64,000 nt of DNA from Eremomyces bilateralis CBS 781.70 (GCA_010015585.1 ML975152.1); one strand, 5' to 3'; shown: positions 35,841 through 49,283, numbered from the stretch's first letter. The notes: generated by a model not told the origin, from the sequence alone. A program made the numbers and translations.

Positions 35841-37330
35841 ATGTATACCACGCCCCGATAACCAACCGTTGTCGCACTCACTGACACCATACGCAGGAGG
35901 GTCATCATTCGCCAAGAACCAGAGGCTGCCTCCAAGTACATCGCTGAATATGTCGTTGGTACGTCGCGACGGTGCTCCCGTTGGAGAATGTCTTAGATGT
36001 GGCGTTTCACCATTCATATCTTTAGTAGATCCCACTAACACTGCTCTCAACGGTAAGATCGGATCAAGTCATTCGCCCCGAGACCTGGGCAGCCATTCGT
36101 CCTAGGCCTACCGACTGGCAGCTCGCCAGTCCTGGTTTACCGCCATCTCGTCCGCAAGCACAAGGCCGGCGAGATTTCGTTCAAGAACGTGGTCACCTTC
36201 AACATGGTGCGTTAGGCGTCATTTCCCAAGCGAGCCCTCTCCATCGCTCACGCAGTGTTACTGCAGGACGAGTATGTCGGCCTTCCGCCCTCCCATCCGT
36301 CGTCGTACCATTCGTTCATGTGGGAGCACCTCTTCTCGCATGTCGATATATCCCCTTCCAACGTCAACCTCCTCAATGGGATGGCGGAGGACTTGGAAGA
36401 GGAGTGCGAGCGGTATGAGGCGAAGATCCGTGAATATGGCGGCATCGAGCTTTTCTTGGGCGGAATCGGCCCGGATGGACACATTGCTTTTAATGAGCCG
36501 GGGAGTAGTCTCCAGAGCAGAACGAGGGTCAAGACGCTGGCCTACGATACAGTCCTCGCCAACAAGCGATTTTTTGGCGATGACGTCTCGCAGGTGCCGA
36601 ATATGGCGCTGACTGTTGGCGTACAAACCGTCATGGATGTAAGTTTCCTTCTACCTTGCACAAATATCCTTGGGATCCCCACTAACAGCGTAACAGGCGC
36701 GAGAAGTTGTCATCATAATCATCGGAGCGCACAAAGCACTCGCACTACAGAAATGCATAGAGGAGGGCACGAACCACATGTGGACCTTATCCAGCCTCCA
36801 ATTGCATCCACATCCGTTGATCGTGGTGGACGAAGATGCGACCCTTGAGCTCAAGGTGAAGACCGTCAAGGTAAGCCAACTCCCTTAGAAGCTCCGGAAA
36901 GCCCGTTCATGCTGATGGGAACCTGTAGTACTTCAAGTCCATCGAAACCGTCGCTAAATCATGTGGAATGGGCCAAAAAATGCCAAAATTCACCTACACC
37001 TACCTTCCCCTCTCGCCCAAAAGCCCCTCGCCCCCTGGATCCGCCTCCCGAGAACCATCGCCACCCAATGCTCTCCGTCAGGCAATGGACAAGCGCACCG
37101 ACGTGCCAGGGTCCGGCAAAGGCATCGGCAATGATACGCTTCCAGTGCCGCTCCCCGACGCAACCCTGCGATCACCAACTCCGGAATTAGTTCCAGATCG
37201 TATGGCGATGAGGCTGGGGATGAACGCTGGATCAAGCCTCCCGGTGCCAGGGAACGACATCATCCAACGAGCGCCGACGCCGGAATTCGTCCCAGATCGG
37301 ATGGCCTCCCGGATCGAGGCGGTGAATTAG
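35841..37330 (+). CDS. NAG1: Glucosamine-6-phosphate deaminase; exons 35841-35842, 35897-35958, 36058-36206, 36267-36638, 36697-36870, 36929-37330
   Basis: [107 protein letters not shown]. Confidence 0.95.
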
Positions 37331-37844
37331 GTTGAAATTGTAGTCATGCTCAGGATTAGTTACTAAAAGTGACTTTCAGTTGTATAGTGTAGTCCACTCT
37401 TACTCAGTCATTATATCCCACGGCTTAGGTAAATTGAGAGAAGCGATTCGACAACAAAATGTGTATATATATAATGAGTCAGAATAGATAAAGCCATGGG
37501 ATTGGGCATCATAATCATGGTTCAACATAGGCAAAGTCTTATTTGCATGCGGAGGAGGGGAATGGCTGGGCTCATCACTCGCCGATGGGCTTCAGCAATA
37601 CTGCCGAACAATTTCAAAATAAAGAATGGGAAGTAATGTATATTTGAAGAGGATTTATTGTATTCCTGTCCCCGTGATTCTATCGGCCACGAAACGTTTT
37701 AAGAAGCCCTTGCAAACTCTATATTCGAGTCGGCACATTGTGAGAGCTGACTGACTAATGACGCTCAGTTCCGAACCTCGACCCTGTGCTCGAGATAGAA
37801 GCTCTCATTTCCATCAATGCTCCGCTTGATCTGAAAAAAGAGTA

Positions 37845-39304
37845 TCAAATCCCCAGTTTGGTAACTTGTTCAACTGCCGCGTCTGTCTCCGCATATTCAA
37901 CCACTTCTCCGCCATTATGTGTCGCTTCGCCATCCTTCTTTGCATTCTCCAACTTGATCTTCTGGATCATGTCTCGGAAACGGCCACGTTCGAACCGCGT
38001 GTACTGGTGGTCCAGCCCACATGATGTTGCATAGACATAGATGGCCGAGCGGGCGGCGGTCTCCGCGAGACCCCCTTCGCCCTGGTTCCATGCGAGCAAT
38101 GCGATATCATGGTAACTCGAGGATGAAATGTTAGTACAATACATGCGAGGAATTCCCCGAATTCCGAGCGACAAACTTACATCCGCCCAAGTTTCCCCGT
38201 GTACGCCCATTCTTGCCGAAGAATGGCCGCCGTCTGGAGCGCCAACTTCAGTCTCTCGTTCAGATGACCATCCTCCGCAGGCCAAAAGCGACCATCAGGA
38301 GGAATTTGCTCCTCGATGTCTTCCAACGTGAACCGTCGCTCGCGGCTCTCATCGTAGAAATTGGGACCGAAACCCAAATTCGAAGGATCACATGCCGGGC
38401 AGTCGCATTCGAAGCCGTAATGCCTCAGGGCGCCAGCTCGCACCTCATTCATTCTCCAAGAATCGATGTACGCAATCGTGACCTCTTCTCCCGCAGCGAT
38501 ATCCCGAATAGCCCAGACTTCTTCCACGCCTTGCGGAGGTTCGTCATGGTCGTCCATTGCGGTGGACACGCTTGCAGACAGGGTCTCACTGGGGGTACTC
38601 CCGTTTTGGCTGGAAGAGCTGGGGTCGAACGTCCGCCACGTGAACGAGGCGTTGGGAACGCAGCTATGATTGATGCGCGAGATATTCTGGAAGGTGGCCG
38701 CACCTCCGGAACCCCAACTCTCCTCTTCATCGTCGTCCTCATCCCACACAGGGATCGTGATCGCGTTGGTCACGAACGTCGACAGAACCGTTTTATAAGG
38801 GGCCATGCGGGCATATTTGACGTTGCGATCCCAGATACCTTGAGGAATATGCTTCGAGCTCGTGATGATTGGCGCGAAGGGACGCTTCTCCGCGGGCGGT
38901 GGAAGGTCGAATTCGACGACATCTTTATCAGTGGTCTGGCGAGAAAGCTCTTGGAGATACAGTTCCTTGTCGCTCAACTCTTGCCAGTTGTCGATGGACT
39001 GCTTGAGCCGCGATCGGCCTATGTCGATACCATGGGCGCTTGCTAACCCCCACAATTCGTCCTTCTGATCGTCGGTTAGGCCGTTCCAGGCTTTCCTCAG
39101 AGCAGTAACAGAGACGTTTCCACCTTCCAGTATAATGAGAGGTCGCTCCCGAAACAGAAGGGTGCCTTGAGTGATCGGTTTGGTGGCGATGGTGCAGACT
39201 CCCTTCCTAGGTGCCGTTGGATGGGCTTGAATGCTCACGGATGGATGGATATAGGTCTCTGGAAGTTCCGTGGCAGCTGAAGGCGAAAGTACTGGTCCGT
39301 CCAT
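37845..39304 (-). CDS. SET-domain (SMYD/Set5-like) lysine methyltransferase; intron 38180-38116
   Basis: KGVCTIATKPITQGTLLFRERPL, SRINHSCVPNA, AIRDIAAGEEVTIAY, post-SET YGFECDCPAC; helical C-terminal exon. Confidence 0.8.
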
Positions 39305-40395
39305 ATTGGTGTAGATGATCCCCGTCACTTTCCAAGAAGATGTGGGATATGAGGGTTCCGACGCAATTGAATTATTGAAATGATTACTTATGTGAGAGTA
39401 AATAAACAGAGCGAAATGAGGCAAAAGTGCGATTGCTAATTGCGTGTGTTAGAGACTAGTGTTAGATATCGGTTACCAGAGGAGTCCACATGCAGCGAGG
39501 ACGTCGGTGAATCTCGACGTAATCGATAAACCTAAGGAAATAGTAAGTGTTGAGCATGAATAGACATGAACAGTTTATGTTGCAGTGAGTTAGTCTCAAG
39601 AAGAATAGAAGCCACGGTTTGAATAGTGAATAGTCAAACGTTGAAAATTATCATCATCGCTCTGTTTCAGTAGTCAAGGCTTGAGTTTTCTTCGACGCAT
39701 GTGAGCCGAGGGCACTGTTGCAATTCACTACTGAGAAAATCAGGTAGAGAATGCATCAGAATGGGCGGTTCAGTTTTAATCCCATCATTGTTTCGGATTG
39801 CAAAGTGCTTGCGTGTTTGGGCGCCGAATCGGACTGCATGTGTTGACATCCGTCCTGTTTGCCAGAAAGGATGTGCTACCATCTTGCACCAGCGGGTGCT
39901 GACGGAGCGACGCATTTCCGAAACGCTACGTGAACGGGTTCTAGCCTCTGAAGGTGAGAAGATGCCGTGGCATTGCTTGCTGAACGTCCGAGGCCGATGC
40001 ATTCTTGATTTCTCGGAGATGGGATGAAGCGTGAAAGAAGGGTGCAGGAATATTTCGTTCAGCGTTCCATGTTCCCTTGTCAGCAACCGGTAGTGTCACG
40101 TGCAATATTCATGTTAGAGGTCAAGCTCAGCCGGGAAACATTCAGGTGCAGGAGAAATAGGCAAGGTCATGCCGGAACCATGTTTATATATAGGGGAGAC
40201 TCTCTGTGGAACGAGTTGTGACATAAGGTATCTAGATCGCGTGCACCAAGAACAACCCGAACTCCCGGAGGCATAACGGCCTCCGTTATGGTTTACACCA
40301 GACCACTCTACGACCAAGTTACCATGATAATAACATGTGAAAGTCATGAGAGTTCATGACTCGCACGGGGAGAACCTCCACCACTTCTCCGAGGC

Positions 40396-43315
40396 TCAAA
40401 AGTCGTAGGATCCCGCAACCCCCGGCGCAGGCCCTTCAAGATCGACCCTTTCCACGCCGGTCCTGATATCATTGCTCTCCTTCAGCAGCCCGACGAAGTA
40501 TTTCCTTGCGCCTTCCGTCTCCGCCTTCAATTTCGCCGTCTCGTCTTTCTTGCTCTGTAATTTTTCGACGGACCGCCGGAGACCGACGCGAAGGTTGTCG
40601 GCAGGGAATTTGAGAGCGCGCCGGACTTCCGCTGATACGCGTGTGGCGTTGCTGTGGGTATAGTCGATTTCGGCAAGCTGAGCGGCGAGTTTGGTTGAAA
40701 GACGACGGGGTAAGGACGAGGGGATGGAGGATATCGCATAGGATGCGGCAAGGACCACTAATGGAGATTAGAATTGAAGCATAAAATCTCGAGCATTGGT
40801 GACTTACCAGTCGCAATGAGGCCAGGAATGATCATATGCCGTATATTCTTGACACCAACCACTCGAGCAACCCCGAGTGCACCATCAACCCAACTTACTC
40901 CACCGATCAGTCTACCGCCGACGACGCCAGCAACTGTGACGGCCATGCTTCCGCCTAGCAATTTCTCTTGCCTTTCCCACAGGCTGGAAATATCGAAGAA
41001 ATCTGTGGCATCGATCTCGAAATCAACGTATCGTGCCAATGCGTCTTTCCGCTTGGTGAACATCTGCTCGGATCGGAAGTTGAAGTTGCTGAATTCTTGA
41101 CCAATATGGAGTAGGCCAAGTTGCTTGATCATGTTCACGCCTTCAACAGTCCGCTGTCGAGCACGTTGCTCGCACCCAGAGACGGCGGCCGTGACTGACG
41201 CTAGCATGGCATCTTTGATATCGTCCGCGAATTGATATGCGGAGAGCAGACCAGGGTATTCGACGCCTAGATCCGCGGTTCCAATTTCGGAAATCGTGTG
41301 GTTGAGCGTCTCTCGAGTAAATTGGTAGCATTCAGCTGCAGTTCCTTCGATTGCTTGGTCTGCACTGTCGCCGGCTTCATTATTGGCTTTCCGAGAGGAA
41401 TCTAGCTCAGGTTCCAATGACTCTAAAGATTTTGTGACCCGCTCTAACTCGGAAGCTGCTACGTCTCGGTTGACCGTAGCGAGCGACAAAAGATCTGAGA
41501 GAACGTTCGTAAGATAGGTCTTCGCCGGGGCGAGCTTCGACCTAGCTCGCTTTTCCAGAACGAATCGCCGTAGAGATTGTTCGAGGTCATCAAAATCGCG
41601 CATCTGCTCCTTCTCCTTGCCTTTGTCTTTGGGGACTGGTGAGCCAGGTTCTCCATGTTTTGCAACGGGGTCATCGCTCTCGCCATCATCGCCGTCTGGT
41701 CCATCTGGTCCATCATCCCCGGGCGAGCCGGACTCGCCAGAACCACCGCCAGCCACAGGCCCTGTCGCAACGGGTATCGCATTGCTAGAGACAAAATGGA
41801 CCAACTCCGATGATTCCTTGAAGGTTGCAGGGCTAAGATGATGGACCTGCTTCAAGACCATCTCTTTGCAGCGCTGTTTGTCCCGGATGTTATCGAAGCC
41901 ATTGACGACCATGAAGATGTACGCCTTTTCCCGAGCGGCGTTGAAAATGAACTCTTTGGCGGAAAGGGTGAAATGATTCGCAGCAGAAACCACAAAGACA
42001 ACCACGTCAATCTCCTCTTGCCGAGCGAAGACCGCCGTCGTCTTCAACGAGTCGTTGTTGAGTCCGGGAGCATCGATCAATGCAATGTCGACAACCCCAT
42101 TATTCAACAACGATTCGTCAACGCTTCGAATATCCTTGACATAGATTTTGCACATCGAATACCGCTCATTATCCACGACAATCTTTTCCAAATCTTCCAA
42201 GTTAAATACGTGGTATGTGCTTTCGTTGTTGCGATTGTAGACGACTCCCATAGGAACGGCGTGGACTTCCTCCACTCCACCATTCTCTCGAACGTCGAGG
42301 ACTTCGCAGAAGATGGCCGTGCATGGTTGTTGGTCTTCGGGTAAGACCTTTCTTCGGAGCAACGCATTGCAGAAGGTTGACTTTCCCGCATTTAAGTCTC
42401 CCGTCACTAGAACTTTGCTGCTGGTATCCTCGATCCGCTCCCGGAGAGAGTAGAGATGTCGTATTGACTTGCTTATTTGTCCGTCCAGAAGGCTGGCAAT
42501 CGATGTCTTCTCTAGCGAGTGCACGAGTTCCGTCTGGGATAACGCACCCATCTTCAAGTCGATCTTAAGAATACTGAAGTCTTTCGACAACTCCGGCGTG
42601 ACCAATCGAGGTTCCGGCCCAGCATTCTGGGCGGCCGATGAGCTAGATTCGGCTTCATCCCGATCTCTCAAATTGGTATCTGCACGTCGTGGGCCCGGGC
42701 GGGCTGGAGGGGATGAGGTATCGGATTGTTCGAATGTCGTGGCGGAATGTTGGAGTGAAGGGCGAGGTTCGTGGCGAGGAGATTGTGAAATGGATTCAGA
42801 CTTCTGGACCTGGGGATAATGCGCCGGCCATGATGCGTTCATATCCTGCAGTCTCTTCAAAGAATCCACCGTTCTCGTGATGGCGCGGCCGAGAGAAGTT
42901 TTGTTCTGGTTATAATACAACTGATGGATGTGGCTGGCGAGTAATCGGCGATCATGCTCAGCTAGACCATACAATTAGTACCATAGGGCAGTACACCACC
43001 CAGGTAATACGTACAGTTGCCTCCTTCGCCGAGTACTGGGGTTCCGCTTGGTGTAGGTCGATCTTCTGTCGGGCCCGGAACCCAACCACGACTGGTGCTC
43101 TGAGCATCGGATATGCTCGCTCCGTAGCCGGAATCATGATCAAGCATATCCATCAGTCGCGATGCACTTTGTGATGTTGAGCCAGCCCCGACGGTCATGT
43201 AGTTTGGTCGAACGGGAGGCTGTCCTTCAGAGAAATACGTTTCCGGTTGTCCATCATGCGATGAGCCCGCGTCGAAGGACGGGGCTCGAGGGTTGGGGTT
43301 CTGTTCGTCGGTCAT
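40396..43315 (-). CDS. FZO1: Mitofusin (mitochondrial fusion GTPase); introns 43014-42962 and 40807-40758
   Basis: P-loop GDLNAGKST, LPEDQQPCT, LIDAPGLN, VVNGFD, FVLEKRARSKLAPAKTYL; two TM segments and a C-terminal coiled coil. Confidence 0.95.
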
Positions 43316-43705
43316 TCCTCCTGGTCTGATGAAATTCCAGTGCGCATGGCGGATAGACACAGGGTCATAATAGGATCGTATTTCGGGAGGTTGCGAGGTT
43401 GGAGAGAGGGTGGAGAGAGGGTGGAGTTTCGGGATGTTTATGGACTATTTGACGTCGTTTCCGCCGGTGGCGTTACTGTCGTTCGTTCAAAGGTTTCGCG
43501 CTGCACGTGATTCGGTGTTACCCCAAACACGTGCTAGCCCTACATGTATCAACCGTCAACATCACTGGCTCACCTTAACTCAAGTTCATGGGCGCCTGTT
43601 ACCGTACCCCAGGTCGGCATTCAACCTTCAAGTCGCAAGCCGTTTACCACCAATCTATTTCGGATCTTTATTCCCAACCAAGCACCCGTGTCAGATATCG
43701 CCAAT

Positions 43706-44565
43706 ATGAATGTCTGTAATATACCACTCTTGTCCCGACTTCCCGACTAACAAAGACCAGATCATTGAATGGGCGTTCGGCAAGCGGATGACGCCAGCGG
43801 AGCGTCTCCGAAAGCACCAACGGGCTCTGGAGAAGACGCAGCGAGAACTCGACCGAGAGCGGGTAAAACTCGAAAACCAAGAGAAGAAACTGGTCCAGGA
43901 CATCAAGAAGAGTGCCAAGAACGGGCAGATGGGACCGCTTCGGATACAAGCCAAAGACCTGGTGCGAACACGAAGGTATTACTTGCTCGGAACTATGCGA
44001 GGGGTATTATCTCACAATGAGCAGGTATATCCAGAAGTTCTACTCGATGCGAACACAATTACAAGCAATATCCTTGCGTATACAGGTGAGTTTTCGACGA
44101 TTCTCCAACTCTGCAGATTCTAACCACCTATAGACTGTTCGCAGTAACGAGCAAATGATGCAAGCCATGAAAGGAGCAACAACGCTCCTCGGTAGCATGA
44201 ATCGTCAGATGAATCTTCCCGCCCTTCAGCGAATAGCCATGGAGTTTGAGAAAGAGAACGATATCATGGACCAGCGGCAGGAGATGATGGAGGACGCAGT
44301 AGACGATGTCACGGGTTTAGAAGATGAGGAAGAGGGCGAAGAGGTGGTCAACCAGGTCTTGGATGAGATCGGCATTGATCTCGGTCAATCCGTACGTTTC
44401 TTTTATATCCCATTCTTGCTGTCCCGACTGACACCCATCTAGCTAGGGGAGGCACCCACCGGGATCCAGTCATCGAAGGTTGCAGAAGGCAAAGTCGCGC
44501 AAGCGATTGGGGGTGATCCTGGCGACGACGACCTTCAAGCGAGACTCGACAGCTTACGGAGGTAA
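43706..44565 (+). CDS. DID4: ESCRT-III subunit Vps2/Did4 (CHMP2); exons 43706-43711, 43761-43975, 44025-44085, 44134-44391, 44443-44565
   Basis: MNIIEWAFGKRMTPAERLRKHQRALEKTQRELDRER..AKDLVRTRRYIQKFY..VLDEIG..DDDLQARLDSLRR (MIM1). Confidence 0.95.
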
Positions 44566-46358
44566 TGGATGGATGCACATCAACGGTTAAACGCGTTCAA
44601 CTTGAATATGTGACCTTGCACCCCAAGTGCAAGGTCGTCTCCCGACACTTCTACCAAGGATTGGGTAATGAAATCGAGGAGAGACCCCGGTGAAGCAGTT
44701 CCAAGAAATTCTTGAACTCTCATCAGATGTCGACTGAATAAACCGTCAAGATCTGGTATTCATTTACACAGTGTCATGAAACCACTGGCTGTCCATGTGG
44801 AATATCACTTTCACCGAGGGTAGAGATCATGGCCATTCCCTCGACATCAGTGTGCAGCATCAACGCAGGAGAGGACCCTCCTGGCTCTTTATTCCGTTGG
44901 GATTTATTCCTTTTATTTACGGTACTGTACTCCGTATATCTCGGCGTTTCGAGGTCTCGGTGATGCATCGTATACTATGACGCATTGCGGGGTAAACGTC
45001 CCCCAAATGAAAGCGTAGCAAGCACAGTTAGAGTTAGACTTTCATGGCAACAAACACTACAGTCTTCAGTTGAGTACTCCGTATATACAGTATTATAGAC
45101 AAGCTAGGATAGCATGGGCAGTTAAACGTGATTGGTGCAAGAGAGGCCCTGATAGTACAACCAAACGGCACGCCTATTACAACAGGCCACCTGGGAAGGA
45201 CGACGTTGATGCTCTCGCCTTGGGCATCCTCCAGCTCCCAGCCGTAGGTCACAGTGTACATGTAATTATCGACTTGCCAAAATTAAAGAGATCGTAAGAT
45301 ATACCTCAGAAGAGGGAATATGAGACAGATACCTAGCTAGACCTAAGTACCTAGGGATATGCATCATGACCATCTGTTTCTTCGCCTAAATGTATCATCT
45401 AATTGTGGTTCAGATTGCGTATGGTCTATTCATTTCTCCACCAAAAGCCGACTCCAACTGTCCAACACTTCTAGAAAGACGTAATCATCTCCCAATGGTC
45501 CAACTGTCCAAGTCCCTTCAAGCCATGGATTAGCATCTGCCATTGTCCCTTTGTGTTGTGCTACAACAACGACTGCAGATATGCGAGACAGCTTTCATGT
45601 TGTACACTTCACACACTTTACCACGAGTTCCCTGACCCAACAAGCACGAAGAACCTGAAACTGAACCTGAAAGATTGGTAATTGAGGAGACAACTCCGTC
45701 CGCTCAGCTAATACCCCGGTTCACGGTTACACCTCACCTAGAGATCTACACAGCACCTACACCATCCACACGACGCACTCTCACACACTCCCCCCACCTT
45801 TCCCTAACATAATCCTTCTTCCTTCCTTGACCCGAATCGCAAACTGCAGACCTCCGGTCGATTCCTTTACGGTAGGCCATTTCGCATTTCTTACTATATC
45901 TGAGCAAGTTGGGCCGGTTGGTGTATCCGCGACGTCATCTGAAGGTCAACTGAACGCCTGTTGCCTCACGTCCTCACGGCTCACCTGTGTTTCGGCCATC
46001 AAAACGATCTAAGCCTTCTCCGGCACTACACTTCCACGCCACCTCCCACCTCCGTCACAACTCGCAGCTCACTACCCTTTTCCACTTCACCCGATCGGTT
46101 ACCAGCACTCTTCACGTTCGCAACCTCGAAACCTTTAAAAGAATCTACTTGCGCATCCAGAATCCAGAGCGCTAACCTATATCCAAGTCTGATTCCGCTT
46201 CCGAAGTGGGCAGACGTCCGATCCAACTCCGCCCTTCATTTCAGTCCACCACCGAACTAAACACGGTCTCGTCCTGAGGTCGATTGGGAGGCGCACACAC
46301 GATCAATCTGGCTGGAGCAAAGAGGAGCAGTTTCTCTTCTCAGGGAGTGCTGCACAGA

Positions 46359-48145
46359 ATGTTTGGCACCTCGCCGGTTGCCAAAGACTCTACTGCAACG
46401 AGTGAGCCGACGCCTCCGAATCCTTCCCTGGCCACGAACCATTCCACCGCGGCCGACTCTACGCCTCGCTCCGAGAAGCCAACGTCCGGAGCCGAGAAGC
46501 GAACAAGCGGTCCAGAAGCGACGCCGAACAAGAAAACCGCCGACGAAAGTCCGTCGATTCCCGAGAAGAAGCGAAGAAGTAGTAGCGTCGCGAAAGCGCG
46601 GGATATCTTCTCCAGCGCAAAGAACTCGCTCTCGTTCTCGAGTCACTCGCCCTCCGATCGGCAGGAAAAGATGTCGGCCCTCAGCCGGTCGACCAAGGGA
46701 GGGGATCCGGCACTGCATGTTCAACAGGGAGCGTTTAATAACTCCGCTGGCGAATCAAAACCGGGACCCAAGTCGACTTTCCGCGTGGGTGTTACGGAAG
46801 ACAAGAACAAGAAATGTCGTCGGACGATGGAGGATACGCATGCCTACTTATACAACTTCCTCAGCACTCCTGTGCCGAATGCCGGTGAAGACGCTCCGCG
46901 AACCGATTCCCCAGCCGAAGGAACCGATCCATCCCCTATCGAGACGGACAACGGCTACTTCGCGATCTTCGACGGCCACGCCGGCACCTTTGCCGCCGAT
47001 TGGTGCGGGAAGAAGCTCCATCTAGTCCTCGAAGACGAGATCCGGAAGAATCCGACGCAGCCGGTGCCCGTGCTCCTCGATCAAACCTTCACATCCGTCG
47101 ACCAGCAGCTGGAAAAGCTCCCGCTCAAAAACTCTGGTTGCACCGCCATTACCGCCGTGCTGCGATGGGAGGACCGAATAGCGAGCTCACAGAACCCGAC
47201 TGGATTTGCGGCAGTGGATCGTGGTGCGGCCAACATGGGGGGAGACAACACGACCGAGAACCCTGGTGCGGGCGAGAATGGCTCCACGTCGACAGCCGAA
47301 ACGGATACCACTAAAACCGAAGCGAATCCTCCCGGTGGGCCGGTTCGACAACGTGTATTATATACGGCAAATGTTGGTGATGCACGGATTGTCCTTTGCC
47401 GAAATGGCCGTGCATTACGATTATCCTACGATCATAAAGGAAGCGATGAGAACGAAGGACGCCGCGTAGCGAATGCTGGAGGCTTGATACTCAATAACCG
47501 AGTGAACGGAGTGTTGGCCGTGACGCGCGCGCTGGGAGATTCGTACATGAAGGATCTGGTCACCGGACGCCCATACACGACGGAAACGGTCATTCAACCT
47601 GACGCCGACGAATTCTTAATATTGGCATGCGATGGGGTAAGTCTCGATTTCCAATCATCCTTTCGGCCAGACCTAACGTCTTTCCACAGCTCTGGGATGT
47701 CTGCTCCGACCAAGAAGCCGTCGACCTCGTCCGCAACATACAGGATGCGCAAGACGCGAGCAAGAGACTCGTCGACTTCGCCCTCTCCCGCTTCTCCACC
47801 GACAACCTGTCCTGCATGATCGTGCGCTTCGACAACAAAGCTCTCCTGGAGCAGATGCGCCTGGATCAGCCCCCATCCGCTGATGCCGAGCCGAGAGTAT
47901 CCGCCGATGGCGCCAAGGACAAGTCCGTCGGCGTCGGACAGACCGGGATCAGCGAAGCCGACGCCATCGTGCGCGACGCGGCGCGAAAACAGGGCGAAGC
48001 AGGTGAGAGCAACGCCGTTGAGGACATGATTATCGAGGAAGAGCAGGTCGATGTCGAGGACCCCGGTCCGGAGTTGAACGCGGAGGCGTTGAGGGAAGCG
48101 CAGGCGAAGCGGAAATCCGCGGGGACGACGACCACGGATCCGTAA
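46359..48145 (+). CDS. PTC1: Protein phosphatase 2C, Ptc1 type; intron 47637-47689
   Basis: [77 protein letters not shown]. Confidence 0.93.
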
Positions 48146-49226
48146 GACATGATTGGAATGAGTGCATACGATTATGGGAAGGAGGACATGGCGGGATGAT
48201 TACGGGGATGGTTTCATGGGCGGAGAAGGATGTTCGCGGCGGCGTTTTTTCGTTGTGGGTTTTCAATGGCATTTGATACGTACGCTTTGTTCATGGGAAG
48301 TTAGTCCCTTTATTCAATGGCTCGGGTAGCATGAAGGTGGTTTCGAACCAGTCGGTCCACTGGAGGTAACGCGCATTGCGGATATGAATCGGGAATTTGT
48401 TAAGTGTGCCATGCTGCTGCTCCTGAAAATCAATTGAAGTTATTGGCATACATCTCAGGAGGTACCTTAAGTGTCAGACTGGTTCATTAGCAAATCTCTT
48501 CCTCCTGTCGAGCGACGCTGTCTCGGTGCATAGCATGATAATATTCGTAATCCCATGATCCGGTATCGTTGCAATGTTTGAAAGGATGGGAACTGTCAAG
48601 AGCCAATTCAACGCATCGGCAAGCAACTATAGCCTCAAGTCATTTGAATCACACAGGTGTTGAAACAGGTTCCTCGTCAACTACCATTGCCTCACTTCAA
48701 AAGCCGGGAGTTCGTCATTAAAAGCTATCTCCAACGGCCGCGTAAGCTACCCGTGGGCCGTGATGCTCGTGCTCTATGACGCTCCGCCGTCCCCCAAACC
48801 GCCGGGCGCTGACGACGCTCCAGTCAGGCCATCTGTGATACCTATGCACGAATCCTGCCCATCCGACAGGGAAGACATGTTTAGGGCGAAGGCTCATCCA
48901 GTCGATGAATCTAACCGCCCCGGCGCGTCACGGCATCCGAAACCCGATGTCAGCCAACACCGTTCCGCGTGCGAGAGGGCTTGGCCGCTTGGCGGAAAGT
49001 GTGACGGATGAAGCGGAGGATTAACGAGATGTCTCAACAGGGCTGAGGTTCCGAGATTGTCGGAGGTTGGATACGCGGACTGGAGGTATTGGAGGGGATG
49101 GGAGTCGTGATGATGGGCAATTCGTTTCCTTGCCGCGCTCGACTGTGTGGAGTGACTGTGCTGCCTGGGTGAGAGATACTCATAATCAATAATATGAATT
49201 AATATCCATAATGTAGCACGGTCCTA

Positions 49227-49283
49227 GGTGGCTGTGGCTGCATGACGTCCCTGCCGTTTGCTGACGCCACATCTATGACGTTA
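49227..49283. promoter_or_regulatory. Candidate stress-response elements upstream of PMP3: CDRE-like GGTGGCTGTG and three TGACG (CRE-like) sites
   Basis: GGTGGCTGTG at 49227-49236; TGACGTCC at 49243, TGACGCCA at 49262, TGACGTTA at 49276. Confidence 0.4.

Noticed and set aside
39430..40390. ORFs of 108-139 aa between the SET gene and FZO1
   Set aside because: Non-ATG starts, no codon bias, no recognisable domain.
46284..46358. TTG-initiated N-terminal extension of PTC1, and the TTG extensions at 3290 and 8585
   Set aside because: Artefact of the ORF caller using bacterial start codons; no evidence of non-AUG initiation.
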